DNA from: Thermodesulfobacteriota bacterium
GTDB taxonomy: Bacteria > Desulfobacterota > Binatia > Bin18
Reading direction: 5' to 3'
Assembly (NCBI GenBank): GCA_964291405.2
Contig: OZ219926.1
Span: forward strand, 2,272,001 to 2,336,000
Length of the DNA stretch: 64,000 bases
Of the stretch, positions 1-9,180 are shown one piece after another. Position numbers and translations under genes: made by a program. The first letter of the stretch is position 1, and each line of letters begins with the position of its first letter. The notes beneath the pieces were generated by a model that saw nothing but the letters and a program-made list of their open reading frames with translations, made no database searches and was not told the DNA's origin.

Positions 1-455
1 AGGCCGGTTATGTGGAAAAGACCAAAGTCGAGCAAAAGGGAAACTATCCGGCTCGGCAGGTCTACCAAATCACGCCGGCCGGCCACGACTATTTACGAGC
101 CGAGTTGCGACGTCAACTGTTCGACACCAAGGAGCGAACCAAAGTCTTTGACCCCTTGAACGCCGCCCTCGCCTTTAGTCATCTGCTTGACGACTCAGAC
201 CTGCGTGAGGCACTCCAGAGCCAACTTGAATGGACCCGCGGGCGTCTGGCCTGGGTTACCGAGCAACAGGCATACTGGAACGAGCAGGGTGTAACACTCC
301 CGCAAGCCCAGATTATTACGCATGGATTGGCGTATTTAAACGGGGAGATTGATTGGCTTGAAGAATTCCTGGCCACGATCGATGGACACAACGGTCGGGG
401 ATTGAAGGCCGATGGACCAACTGGCGTCTCTTCTTCAGAAAGAGACGCAATATAG
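1..455 (+). CDS. PadR-family transcriptional regulator (5'-truncated by window edge)
   Basis: The frame is open to the window start (AGYVEKTKVEQ...). It has a PadR wing motif (PARQVYQITPAG) and a helical C-terminal domain. Confidence 0.75.
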   Translation, partial: AGYVEKTKVEQKGNYPARQVYQITPAGHDYLRAELRRQLFDTKERTKVFDPLNAALAFSHLLDDSDLREALQSQLEWTRGRLAWVTEQQAYWNEQGVTLPQAQIITHGLAYLNGEIDWLEEFLATIDGHNGRGLKADGPTGVSSSERDAI

Positions 456-495
456 GAAAAACCGACAGACATCCCACACAAGAGGAGGGTTCAGA

Positions 496-1140
496 ATGGA
501 AGGTTTAAGTGTTCTCGATATGATCCAGCAGGGGTGGTATATCACTTATCCCCTGATCATAATGTCGGTGGTTGTCATCACCATCATTTTTGAACGGATA
601 GTTGCCCTACGCGGATTGATCGGTGGGACTTTGCAGATTGCCGGCGGTCTGGTTGGCGTCTTACAGAAGGGCGATTTTCAGGGGGCTATGACCTCCGCTG
701 AGGAGCAGGCGGACAAACCAGTGGGCCGGATATTTCGTGATGTCCTTTCTCAACAGGAGGGTGAATCGCTCGAATATTTGTCCGAAATCATTGAGGACCG
801 CCGCTTCGAAGAAATCGAGGCGCTCAAAGGCAGCATATGGGTGCTGGGAACAGTGGGGGTGAGTGCGCCCTTCATTGGGCTACTCGGCACTGTCATCGGG
901 ATTATCAAATCCTTCACAAATATGGCGGTTGAGGGCAGTGGTGGCTTTGCTGTGGTTGCCGGTGGTATTTCCGAGGCCCTGGTTGCAACGGCTCTTGGTC
1001 TCGCAGTCGGGATCGTTGCGGTGGTCTTCTATAACTATTTTCATACCAAGCTTGAGCGGGTCGAGGCAGCAATGACGATCAGTTCGGATCGCGTACTCGA
1101 AGCAGTCCGCCTGGGGAGGAAAGCTCATGGGAATGACTAA
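496..1140 (+). CDS. MotA/TolQ/ExbB proton channel protein
   Basis: Contains APFIGLLGTVIGII and GGISEALVATALGLAV motifs and 3 TM helices. ATG 496 follows an AGAGGAGG RBS. Confidence 0.92.
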   Translation: MEGLSVLDMIQQGWYITYPLIIMSVVVITIIFERIVALRGLIGGTLQIAGGLVGVLQKGDFQGAMTSAEEQADKPVGRIFRDVLSQQEGESLEYLSEIIEDRRFEEIEALKGSIWVLGTVGVSAPFIGLLGTVIGIIKSFTNMAVEGSGGFAVVAGGISEALVATALGLAVGIVAVVFYNYFHTKLERVEAAMTISSDRVLEAVRLGRKAHGND

Positions 1141-1546
1141 CCCACGCAAGAAGAGCGGGAGTGGATCCGATATTATGGCCGAGATCAATATCGTTCCCTT
1201 GTGCGACATCTTTTTGGTGCTACTGATCATCTTTATGGTAACCAGTGTGGCGATGGTGCAATCCGGAGCCGAGATTAACCTGCCCGAGGTGCAGGAAACT
1301 GACTCAGAGCCTCGTCAGATTGTGATTACGGTGACACCCCAAAAGGAAATCTTTGTGAACGCCAGACCGGTGACCATGGCCGATCTTGAGGTCGCCATTC
1401 GGCAGCAAGTCACCGCCAAGCCGGACGTACCGGTCGTGCTCGAAGGGGATAAGGACGTCATTTTAGGAGAGGCGGTCAAAATTCTCTCCATTGCCCAACG
1501 AGCCGGAGCGGCTCAGGTCGCGATTGCTGCCAGACAGACCGGTTAA
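1127..1546 (+). CDS. ExbD/TolR family protein
   Basis: EINIVPLCDIFLVLLIIFMV carries the conserved TM Asp. It overlaps the exbB-like gene. Confidence 0.92.
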   Translation: MGMTNPRKKSGSGSDIMAEINIVPLCDIFLVLLIIFMVTSVAMVQSGAEINLPEVQETDSEPRQIVITVTPQKEIFVNARPVTMADLEVAIRQQVTAKPDVPVVLEGDKDVILGEAVKILSIAQRAGAAQVAIAARQTG

Positions 1547-1582
1547 GCAGTCCGTCGCAATCGCTACAAGGAGGGGAGGGCC

Positions 1583-2824
1583 ATGGCTTCGCCCGAAGAG
1601 AACACGAAAACATCCGAGAGCACTTCAGTCGAGCGGAAAATCCAAGAGGATTTGTGGCTGTATCGAGGTGGAGGATTTAGCAGAAATGCGCGCTGGTTCG
1701 CCTTCTCGACGGCGGCCCATATTCTCATTTTGTCCATCTTTGCCACCACGGCTGTGACCATCATGAAAGAGCCGGAAATGGTTCGGGTCAATGCGCTACC
1801 GCTTACACAAGAAGAGTTGGACGCCATGGCGGAGGAGGAGATGCCGGACGATTGGGAAGGTGAGCCCTCGCTGGAGGATATTCCGGGCATCCTGACCATG
1901 GAAGACTTGGCGCCGAATAGGGCGCGCCCAACCGGTCCTTCCTCAACCGGTCCGCTTCAGGCTCCTATCCAACGGGCGGCTGTTCCCATCTTCTCGGGTA
2001 TCGGGCCAGTGACGATTGAAGTCCAGCGCGCTGACAGTAGTTTTTCCGGTATCGACGCCCAACTCAGCGGTCTGGTTGGCGCTGGGGATCTCGGCGGGGG
2101 CGGAGGGTTTGGCGACTATGGGCGGGGGCTGCGGAAGGTTGGTCTTGATGTCGCCCTGGTGATTGACGCCACAGACAGTATGCAGTTTGTGATCGATTCG
2201 GTTCGTGACCGCTTGACGAAGCTGGTGACACTGTTGCGAAAGCTCGTCCCCACCTCACGGATCGGTGTTGTGGCCTATCGAGACAGGGGCGAAGAGTATG
2301 TCACCAAATGGGTTGACCTAAGTTTTTCCACACCCAAGCTCAAAGGCTTTTTGGCCAATCTGCACTCTGACGGCGGCGGCGATTGGCCGGAAGCGGTGTA
2401 TGAAGGCATGGACGCGGCCATGAATGATCTGAGTTGGCGGAAACGCTCACGTCGGGTGGTGATTCTTGTCGCTGGCTCGCCGCCCCATCCGGAGAGCATG
2501 AGCAGCGTGCTGGGCCTGGCCCAAGGGTTCCAGGCGCGCGGTGGGGTGGTCAGTGTGATGGACTTGGCCGACAAAATGCACGAGGACTTTGAGTACGCGC
2601 TCTGGGAGCAGAGCGGAAAAATTATGAATGTCGCCTTTACGCCAACGCCGCTACCGAGTTTCTACCGCGAATTCCGGCATACCATGGCGTCTGTGGCTCG
2701 GGCCGGCGGGGGGGACTTTATCCCGCTGACTGAGGAAAGAGCATTGACCAAGAACATCATCATTATGACCTTTGGTTCGCGCTGGGAAGTGGAGATGGCA
2801 AAATACTTGCGGGACTTGGAGTAG
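1583..2824 (+). CDS. Membrane-anchored vWA-domain protein with TonB/TolA-like N-terminal anchor
   Basis: TM helix FAFSTAAHILIL (SxxxH), acidic/Pro/Gly-rich linker, then a vWA domain (LDVALVIDATDSM, RIGVVAYRD, GGGDWPEA). GGAGGG RBS. Confidence 0.8.
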   Translation: MASPEENTKTSESTSVERKIQEDLWLYRGGGFSRNARWFAFSTAAHILILSIFATTAVTIMKEPEMVRVNALPLTQEELDAMAEEEMPDDWEGEPSLEDIPGILTMEDLAPNRARPTGPSSTGPLQAPIQRAAVPIFSGIGPVTIEVQRADSSFSGIDAQLSGLVGAGDLGGGGGFGDYGRGLRKVGLDVALVIDATDSMQFVIDSVRDRLTKLVTLLRKLVPTSRIGVVAYRDRGEEYVTKWVDLSFSTPKLKGFLANLHSDGGGDWPEAVYEGMDAAMNDLSWRKRSRRVVILVAGSPPHPESMSSVLGLAQGFQARGGVVSVMDLADKMHEDFEYALWEQSGKIMNVAFTPTPLPSFYREFRHTMASVARAGGGDFIPLTEERALTKNIIIMTFGSRWEVEMAKYLRDLE

Positions 2825-2965
2825 AACGCGGTCCGGTGGTTAAATGGCATGATACCGGAGAACCCTGTGGGCAAGCGTTTCTCTTCGTGCAGGTGGGGAT
2901 GGCCGGCGGGAGCTTTGAACGCAAGGACATAACGTAAGGGACAGGGTCAAAAAAGGAGTGCAAGC

Positions 2966-5368
2966 GTGCGGCGTCTGGTTTCCATTATCGGTATGATCTC
3001 TCTGAGCCTGAACCTGGGTTGGCTGAACTCCGAGGTCGAGGCGGCGTCTATTGCTGAACTCTCTGCCCGGGCGAAGCAGGCTCGGAGCAGGGCCAATGCG
3101 CTCAAACAGGGGAGTTGGGATGCGCAGGCCAAGCTGCAAGCCATTCAAATCCTGGGCCCGGCTGCCTTAGAGTTTGTTGCACTCCCCAATTTGGCCCAAT
3201 CAGTGAAAACCCCATCGAGCAAAAAAGCCATTCGCGATATCTACGAGACGCTCCAGGGCCCACTCAACGATATCTATACCGGCAGTTTCAAGCGTGTTGA
3301 CCAGATGACGCAGGATGTCATTGCGCGGGATGGCGACCTGGAGGCCGTGCAGGACTCACAGGAATACCGGGCGGAACAAGGGGTGGCTGCGCGCGCCTTA
3401 TACTTCTTGAACTGGCTGAACTATATCGGCTCGTTCACGTTCGATGAGAAGAAAAAGGAAACCCTGCTGACCAAAGCCATGAACGGCTTCGGGGAATTCG
3501 CGGTTGGCGATCAGGCCTCACGGCTCAAGAACGAGAGTCTGTTCGGCCGAGCGCTGAGCGAGCGCGAACTCGAGAAGTTTGACTGGGCCATACGAGATTT
3601 TGAACTGCTGCTCAAACAGCCCGGCGTGTCTGCCGATATGAAACGGAAGGCCCAGAGGGCGCTGGAGCAGACGCGGCGCTATGCCAAGCGTGGCGGGAAA
3701 AGCCAACCTTCTCCGACGGAGTTGGCGCAAGCTCAATTCCAGCAGGCAAAAAATATTGCCAGGCAGAGTCGAAATGCGAGCGGCAAGAAGCGCAGCCAGT
3801 TGCGCGGTCAACTCCTGGGATTGATTCTTGAACTCCGCAAGGCCGGCGGGAAGTGGCAGGACCGAGCCGATGCGTTAATACAGGCAGAGCTGACACGCGA
3901 GGAAGAACTCGTCATCGCCGAGCAGGAAAACCCGTTTCCGCCCTGGTTGAAAGCCAAGGAGCATATGCAGAAACGGCGCTTTGCCAAAGCGGTCCCTTTT
4001 CTTGAGGAAGTCATTGCTTCAAACGATCCCAACGCTGCCGTGTATCAGACGGACGCGCAGTACTACCTTGGCGTTGGGCTGTACGAACAACGTCGCTATC
4101 GACAGGCCATCAATACCTTGGATACTTTCCTCAGCAACGGGGGAGCAAAGACCAAGCATGCGGCTGACGCGGAATACTTTCAGTTCAAGTCGGCGGAATC
4201 GTTATACGCACGGAACCAAAGTGCGCAGAACGGGCAGCTGTATGTGCAGGCGATTCGCGACTTTGCACGGAAATACCCCAAGCATCGATCCATCTACGAA
4301 GCCCACTTCCGACTAGGGGAGTACTACCAGGAGCAAGAGGAGTATTTGAAGGCGGCCGATGCGTATAAAAAGATACGCGGCGCGCCGGCGTTTCGGGTGC
4401 GAGCCGACTATGCCACGCTCCAGTCATACTTTGAAGTCCTGCACGCGATTGAAGGCGGCGATACCAGCAGTGGGCTGAGTGAAGATGAGATCCGCCAGCG
4501 GATTGGAACCAGCCTGGACGCCTATTGGAAGAACAGCGCGACCTTGGCTAAGAGCAGTCCCAGACTGATGAAGCGGGATCCCTATCGCGAATATCCAGGC
4601 AAGGTCAGCGTGATGCATGCCGTCTATTTGAGTCACGATATGGACGCAAACGCCGAACGGATCGTTTCTTTTCTGGAAGGCTTTGAAGAGAAATATCCGA
4701 AGCAGCCTGAGGCGTTTGAAACCGTTGCCCGGACCCGGCTGGTCGCCCTGCAGAAGACCGGACGCTATACCGAGCTCGCAAGAGACGTGGATACGATTTT
4801 AGAGCGTTATCAGGCCGACAAACAAGAGGAACTCCTTGCCGGCCTGTCTGGTGTGCTGGAAAAAGACATTCGCAAACTCCGCCGCCAGGATGATAAGGAC
4901 AGCGAACTCATTGCCAAGCGGACGCTGGTGCGCCTGCATGAAACATGGCTCAAGAATGATGGCGAATTTGCGGAGGATCAGTCCCCGGATCGTTTCCACT
5001 ATGATCTCGCTCAGCTCTATCTCGATACCCAGCAATACGACAAGGCTGAGCTTATCTATAAGGACCTGGAGCAAAAACAGGGTGCCTATGCCCTGGTCGC
5101 TATTGTCGGACTCGCCCAGGTCTCTGAGGTGCGAGGAGATAAAAAACGGGCGCTTGTCCTGTGGGAAGCCATGCTCAAGGGTACCCAGGTTGGTGATCCG
5201 CTGTGGTTTCGCGGGACGTTTGAAGTGGCCCGGCTGAATGACACCCTTGGCAATGCGGACCAAGCGTGTAAGACGGTCAATAGCGCTCAAAGAATGCTGA
5301 AACGGCTTGGTGATGCCAGTCTCAAGACCAAGATTCAGAACTTTGCCAGCCAAACGTGTGGGGCATAG
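2966..5368 (+). CDS. Exported tetratricopeptide-repeat protein
   Basis: N-terminal signal peptide and multiple TPR-like motifs (AQYYLGVGLYEQ, AHFRLGEYYQ, HYDLAQLY). GTG start after AAGGAG. Confidence 0.8.
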   Translation: MRRLVSIIGMISLSLNLGWLNSEVEAASIAELSARAKQARSRANALKQGSWDAQAKLQAIQILGPAALEFVALPNLAQSVKTPSSKKAIRDIYETLQGPLNDIYTGSFKRVDQMTQDVIARDGDLEAVQDSQEYRAEQGVAARALYFLNWLNYIGSFTFDEKKKETLLTKAMNGFGEFAVGDQASRLKNESLFGRALSERELEKFDWAIRDFELLLKQPGVSADMKRKAQRALEQTRRYAKRGGKSQPSPTELAQAQFQQAKNIARQSRNASGKKRSQLRGQLLGLILELRKAGGKWQDRADALIQAELTREEELVIAEQENPFPPWLKAKEHMQKRRFAKAVPFLEEVIASNDPNAAVYQTDAQYYLGVGLYEQRRYRQAINTLDTFLSNGGAKTKHAADAEYFQFKSAESLYARNQSAQNGQLYVQAIRDFARKYPKHRSIYEAHFRLGEYYQEQEEYLKAADAYKKIRGAPAFRVRADYATLQSYFEVLHAIEGGDTSSGLSEDEIRQRIGTSLDAYWKNSATLAKSSPRLMKRDPYREYPGKVSVMHAVYLSHDMDANAERIVSFLEGFEEKYPKQPEAFETVARTRLVALQKTGRYTELARDVDTILERYQADKQEELLAGLSGVLEKDIRKLRRQDDKDSELIAKRTLVRLHETWLKNDGEFAEDQSPDRFHYDLAQLYLDTQQYDKAELIYKDLEQKQGAYALVAIVGLAQVSEVRGDKKRALVLWEAMLKGTQVGDPLWFRGTFEVARLNDTLGNADQACKTVNSAQRMLKRLGDASLKTKIQNFASQTCGA

Positions 5369-5451
5369 ACGCCTCTTTGTTCTCGACCGTCTTCTGAGGG
5401 GCACGCCATCGTGCCTCTTCGCGCTTCTGTCTCAGAGGAAAATCTCGACTC

Positions 5452-7830
5452 ATGAAAATCGCTGACAACGCCGCAAAGAGGAAACGTGTCCCGCATCTGC
5501 CCGTCGAGGGAGGACATGTTTCCTCTTTGAATCCACGTTCCGCCTTCCACTGGGGCGGCTATGCACCTCGGGTCACGGAGGGTCGTTTGGTTGCCATGGA
5601 TGCCATGCCTGAGGATCCGGACCCCTCTCCTCTCGGGCGCTCCTATGTAGAGGCCGTCAATGACGCGCTCCGCATCCGCCAACCTATGGTGCGGGAAAGC
5701 TGGCTCAGGAACGGACCGGGCAGTGGAACCCGTGGGGGCGAACCTTTTATCGCGCTCGGTTGGGAGCGGGCGCTTGATCTTGTGGCCGCCGAACTCGAAC
5801 GTATCCGGAGCACATTCAGCAACCGGGCGATTTATGCCGGCTCGTACGGCTGGGGCAGTGCCGGCTCCTTCCATTTTCCCCAAGGACAATTGCACCGCTT
5901 CCTCAATCTCTTCGGTGGCTTTGTCCGTTCCATAAACACCTACAGCCACGCCGCGGCCGATGTGGCCATGCCCTATATTGCCGGGAATTTTTTTCGCCTG
6001 CTGGTCGAGCAGGCCTCATGGCAGACGATCGCTCGACATTCCGAACTTGTGGTGGCGTTTGGCGGGATGCCCCTCAAAAACGCGCAGGTAGCCTATGGTG
6101 GAGTAGCCCGGCATCGAACCCGAGAGGGTCTTGATGCCTGTCGACGGGCAGGTGTCGAATTCCTGAATATCGGTCCGGTGAAAAACGACACCGCCGACTT
6201 TCTGCGGGCTGAATGGCTGACCCCGCGCCCCAATACCGATGTAGCGCTGATGCTCGGTCTGGCCCATACCCTGGTCAAAGAGGGGCTGGCCGATTTTGAA
6301 TTTTTGACGCGGTACTGTGTCGGCTTTGAGCGGTTTCGACCGTATCTCATGGGCGAAAGCGATGGACAGTCTAAAGATGCGCACTGGGCGGCCGGTATCA
6401 CCGGCCTGAAGGCTGAGACGATTGCCACGCTGGCTCGGCGGATGGCCGCTAAGCGCACGCTGATTACGATAGCCTGGTCCCTCCAACGGGCGGATCATGG
6501 CGAGCAGAGCTATTGGATGGCAATCACCCTGGCCGCCATGTTGGGACAGATCGGCCTCCCCGGCGGAGGGTTTGGCTATGGCTACTCGTCCGTCGCTACG
6601 GTCGGAAACCCTTCCTCTCGTATTCCCTGGGCTACACTCGACCGCTGTGCCCACCCGGTTGACGATGTCATTCCGGTTGCCAGGATTGCCGACCTCCTGC
6701 TGAATCCGAACACGGAATTCGACTATAACGGACGCCGAGCGACCTATCCTGATATTCGTTTGGTCTACTGGGTGGGTGGTAACGTCTTCCATCACCATCA
6801 GGATTTGAATCGCCTGCTCCGGGCCTGGCAAAAGCCGGAAACCGTTATCGTCCATGAGCCATGGTGGACACCCATGGCGCGCCACGCGGATATCATCTTC
6901 CCGGCCACGACCCCGCTCGAACGCAACGACATGGTCTGCACGCCCCGCGACGGCTTTGTAGTGGCCAATAGACAGGCGATTGAGCCGGTCGGCGGGGCAC
7001 GGAACGATCATGATATTTTTGCGGACCTGGCCGAACGTCTCGGCTTTCGAGAAGGATTTACCGAAGGACGGGACGAAGCCGGTTGGCTGCGCCATCTCTA
7101 TGCGCTCTCCTGTGAACGCGCGCAGGAACGTGGTTTTGCTTTGCCTGACTTTGAGCAATTTTGGACGGACGGTTATTTTGAACTGCCGCTCCCGTCCGAG
7201 CCCCAGCCTTTTCTGTCCGCTTTTCGGACCGATCCCGATGCCCATCCGCTAGACACGCCGTCCGGAAAGATTGAGATCTGGTCGGAGCGTATTGCGTCCT
7301 ATCACTACGACGATTGTCCGCCGCATCCAACCTGGATGGAACCTGTCGAATGGCTGGGGAGTGAGAAAGCCGTACACTACCCCCTCCACTTGACTTCTAA
7401 TCAGCCGGTCGGCCGTCTGCACAGCCAACTCGACCAGGGATCGGTCAGCCGCAGTTCAAAAATCGCCGAACGCGAACCCCTGTGGATCCATCCGGCCGAT
7501 GCCCAGGCGCGAGGGCTGAGCGAGGGCGATATTGTCCGGGTCTTTAATGACCGGGGGCAATGTCTGGCAGGGGTTCGCATTACCGCCAATATCCAAAAGA
7601 GCGTGGTCCAGCTTCCCACAGGAGCGTGGTATGACCCGCTCGAACCGGGGTTGCCGGGATCATTGGAAAAACACGGCAACCCCAATGTGCTCACTCTGGA
7701 CAAAGGCACATCAAAGCTGGGTCAGGGGCCCAGTGCACACACGACTTTGGTTCAAGTCGAACGCTACCAGGGCGACCCGCCGCCCGTGACCGCGTTCGTT
7801 CCCCCGGAAATTCGCCGGGACGACGCTTGA
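5452..7830 (+). CDS. Molybdopterin oxidoreductase, DMSO-reductase family (BisC/TorZ-like S/N-oxide reductase), cytoplasmic
   Basis: HWG, RIRQPMVRESWL, YAGSYGWGSAG, SLQRADHGEQ, TPSGKIEI, RLHSQL, HGNPNVLTLDKGTSKL. No Tat signal. Confidence 0.9.
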   Translation: MKIADNAAKRKRVPHLPVEGGHVSSLNPRSAFHWGGYAPRVTEGRLVAMDAMPEDPDPSPLGRSYVEAVNDALRIRQPMVRESWLRNGPGSGTRGGEPFIALGWERALDLVAAELERIRSTFSNRAIYAGSYGWGSAGSFHFPQGQLHRFLNLFGGFVRSINTYSHAAADVAMPYIAGNFFRLLVEQASWQTIARHSELVVAFGGMPLKNAQVAYGGVARHRTREGLDACRRAGVEFLNIGPVKNDTADFLRAEWLTPRPNTDVALMLGLAHTLVKEGLADFEFLTRYCVGFERFRPYLMGESDGQSKDAHWAAGITGLKAETIATLARRMAAKRTLITIAWSLQRADHGEQSYWMAITLAAMLGQIGLPGGGFGYGYSSVATVGNPSSRIPWATLDRCAHPVDDVIPVARIADLLLNPNTEFDYNGRRATYPDIRLVYWVGGNVFHHHQDLNRLLRAWQKPETVIVHEPWWTPMARHADIIFPATTPLERNDMVCTPRDGFVVANRQAIEPVGGARNDHDIFADLAERLGFREGFTEGRDEAGWLRHLYALSCERAQERGFALPDFEQFWTDGYFELPLPSEPQPFLSAFRTDPDAHPLDTPSGKIEIWSERIASYHYDDCPPHPTWMEPVEWLGSEKAVHYPLHLTSNQPVGRLHSQLDQGSVSRSSKIAEREPLWIHPADAQARGLSEGDIVRVFNDRGQCLAGVRITANIQKSVVQLPTGAWYDPLEPGLPGSLEKHGNPNVLTLDKGTSKLGQGPSAHTTLVQVERYQGDPPPVTAFVPPEIRRDDA
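5475..5528. mobile_element. 54-bp palindromic element, copy 1 (in-frame in the 5' end of the Mo-enzyme ORF)
   Basis: AAAGAGGAAACGTGTCC-20 nt-GGACATGTTTCCTCTTT. Homologous to copies at 32093, 42981, 48911 and 54569. Confidence 0.8.
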
Positions 7831-7837
7831 GAGTAGC

Positions 7838-8182
7838 TTACGAAAATCGCTCCCAGGCGGCTTGCCGACTCACCCCGAGGGCCTTTCCGATTTGCGTCCA
7901 GGTGATCCCTCTCTGACGCAGGGTCTGCACATGCTGCTTGAGGATGTCTGCTACTGAGTGAACGGTGGTAGCCGCCGGGCGTAAGATGCGCAGGAGTTCA
8001 TCATCGGTGAGGGCATCCCAGCCTGGAAAGGCTGGGGTTGGTTCGCCGGCCAAGATCTTATTACACACCACCACACACGCGTCGCAAATATAGACCCCCG
8101 GCCCACCAATGAGTTTTGCGACAGCGTCAGAGTCCTTCCGGCAAAACGAACAGAAAAGCAGATCCTTCTCAGTGGTTCCCAT
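7838..8182 (-). CDS. ClpX C4-type zinc-finger protein with C-terminal HTH
   Basis: CSFCRK...[17 protein letters not shown], plus C-terminal [25 protein letters not shown]. It may be the 3' part of one gene with 8169-8357. Confidence 0.8.
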   Translation of the reverse strand: MGTTEKDLLFCSFCRKDSDAVAKLIGGPGVYICDACVVVCNKILAGEPTPAFPGWDALTDDELLRILRPAATTVHSVADILKQHVQTLRQRGITWTQIGKALGVSRQAAWERFS

Positions 8183-8357
8183 GACAGTCACTGGGATGGG
8201 GCGAGGCGGTCTTGCCGCCCAAGATCTTGTTACACACATCTACGCAGGCGTCACAAATATAGACCCCCGGCCCACCAATGAGCTTGTTCACGGTCTCTGA
8301 ATCTCTTCGGCAGAAGGAGCAGGAAAGGCGAGGTTTCTTTTTTGTACGTGCTCGCAT
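8169..8357 (-). CDS. Small ClpX C4-type zinc-finger protein (possibly the frameshifted N-terminus of the downstream ORF)
   Basis: [40 protein letters not shown] at 8363-8369 on the minus strand. Confidence 0.75.
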   Translation of the reverse strand: MRARTKKKPRLSCSFCRRDSETVNKLIGGPGVYICDACVDVCNKILGGKTASPHPSDCHGNH

Positions 8358-8379
8358 AGCAGCCTCCTCATAACGAATA

Positions 8380-8426
8380 TGTCAAGGATACCTTGACGAC
8401 TAAACCTTGTCAAGGAAATCTTGACA
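8380..8426 (-). promoter_or_regulatory. Sigma70-type promoter overlapped by two palindromic operators
   Basis: Minus strand TTGACA (8408-8413), 17 nt, TATCCT (8385-8390). Palindromes GTCAAGG-ATA-CCTTGAC (8381-8397) and TGTCAAG-GAAAT-CTTGACA (8408-8426). Confidence 0.75.
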
Positions 8427-8462
8427 TCGTTCTACTGCGTCACACTGGCAGGCAGTACAAGC

Positions 8463-9083
8463 CTAAAAGTCTATGCTAAACCCCGCGTTCGCCTGGGTAC
8501 GCTCTTCAATGAGAAATCCCCGTGCGCCTGTATAGGAGCCAGGCGGGAAAGAGAGATAGCCACGGACTTCCGCGCCGGGTGCAATGGTCTGATCCGTGAG
8601 GATAGGAGTCGGACTGTCCTCGCTTGCTTCCAGCGGTCTCACGCGTTCGCCAGACTCGGCGCGTAACGAGACCTTATTGGCTTTGATCAGATAGGCGCGA
8701 TCGGTCCCATTGTGAATCTTCACTTCCACCACAAAATTTTCACTGTCCCGGGCGCGCTCCCACCTGTCGTCCGCGGCTCTGCGCATGTCGTCCGTGGTTC
8801 TGCGCATGGCGGAGGAGCCTCTCCCCGGCGGGACGACGATCTCCGGGGCTATTGCGTTCAATGGCCGGACCTGGACTTCCACATTCTGCGGCTGAGCCTG
8901 AAGAAGGGATTCTGGAAAAACGGATAAGACGCAAACCCCGAGGAAAAACAGACAAGAGCGGTAGACAAAACGCCAGCGGAAAAGCATGGCCGTGATTGAG
9001 CGGGGATTTTTCGGGGGGTTTCTCATCGAAGCGTCCTTTATCACATGGTTATAAAGTAGAAGACGACATTGCTTCCTCGTCAT
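8463..9083 (-). CDS. Hypothetical exported protein (Ig-like/DUF4352-like C-terminus)
   Basis: Hydrophobic signal/anchor, then FVVEVKIHNGT...IAPGAEVRGYLSF. The start is uncertain (GGAGG precedes 9083). Confidence 0.6.
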   Translation of the reverse strand: MTRKQCRLLLYNHVIKDASMRNPPKNPRSITAMLFRWRFVYRSCLFFLGVCVLSVFPESLLQAQPQNVEVQVRPLNAIAPEIVVPPGRGSSAMRRTTDDMRRAADDRWERARDSENFVVEVKIHNGTDRAYLIKANKVSLRAESGERVRPLEASEDSPTPILTDQTIAPGAEVRGYLSFPPGSYTGARGFLIEERTQANAGFSIDF

Positions 9084-9180
9084 GTATCCTCCCGAAAGAG
9101 AGGTTCTGTTGTCTGAATCACTTGCGGAACACCATTGTCGTGAAACCACTTGAAGACTGAGACGTCAATCTTGCATACCT

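Noticed and set aside
5452-5530. Twin-arginine signal peptide on the Mo enzyme (KRKR)
   Set aside because: There is no RRxFLK motif or hydrophobic core. The basic residues come from the palindromic element.
6016-7245. 409-aa minus-strand ORF
   Set aside because: It is the antisense shadow of the Mo oxidoreductase in GC-rich DNA.
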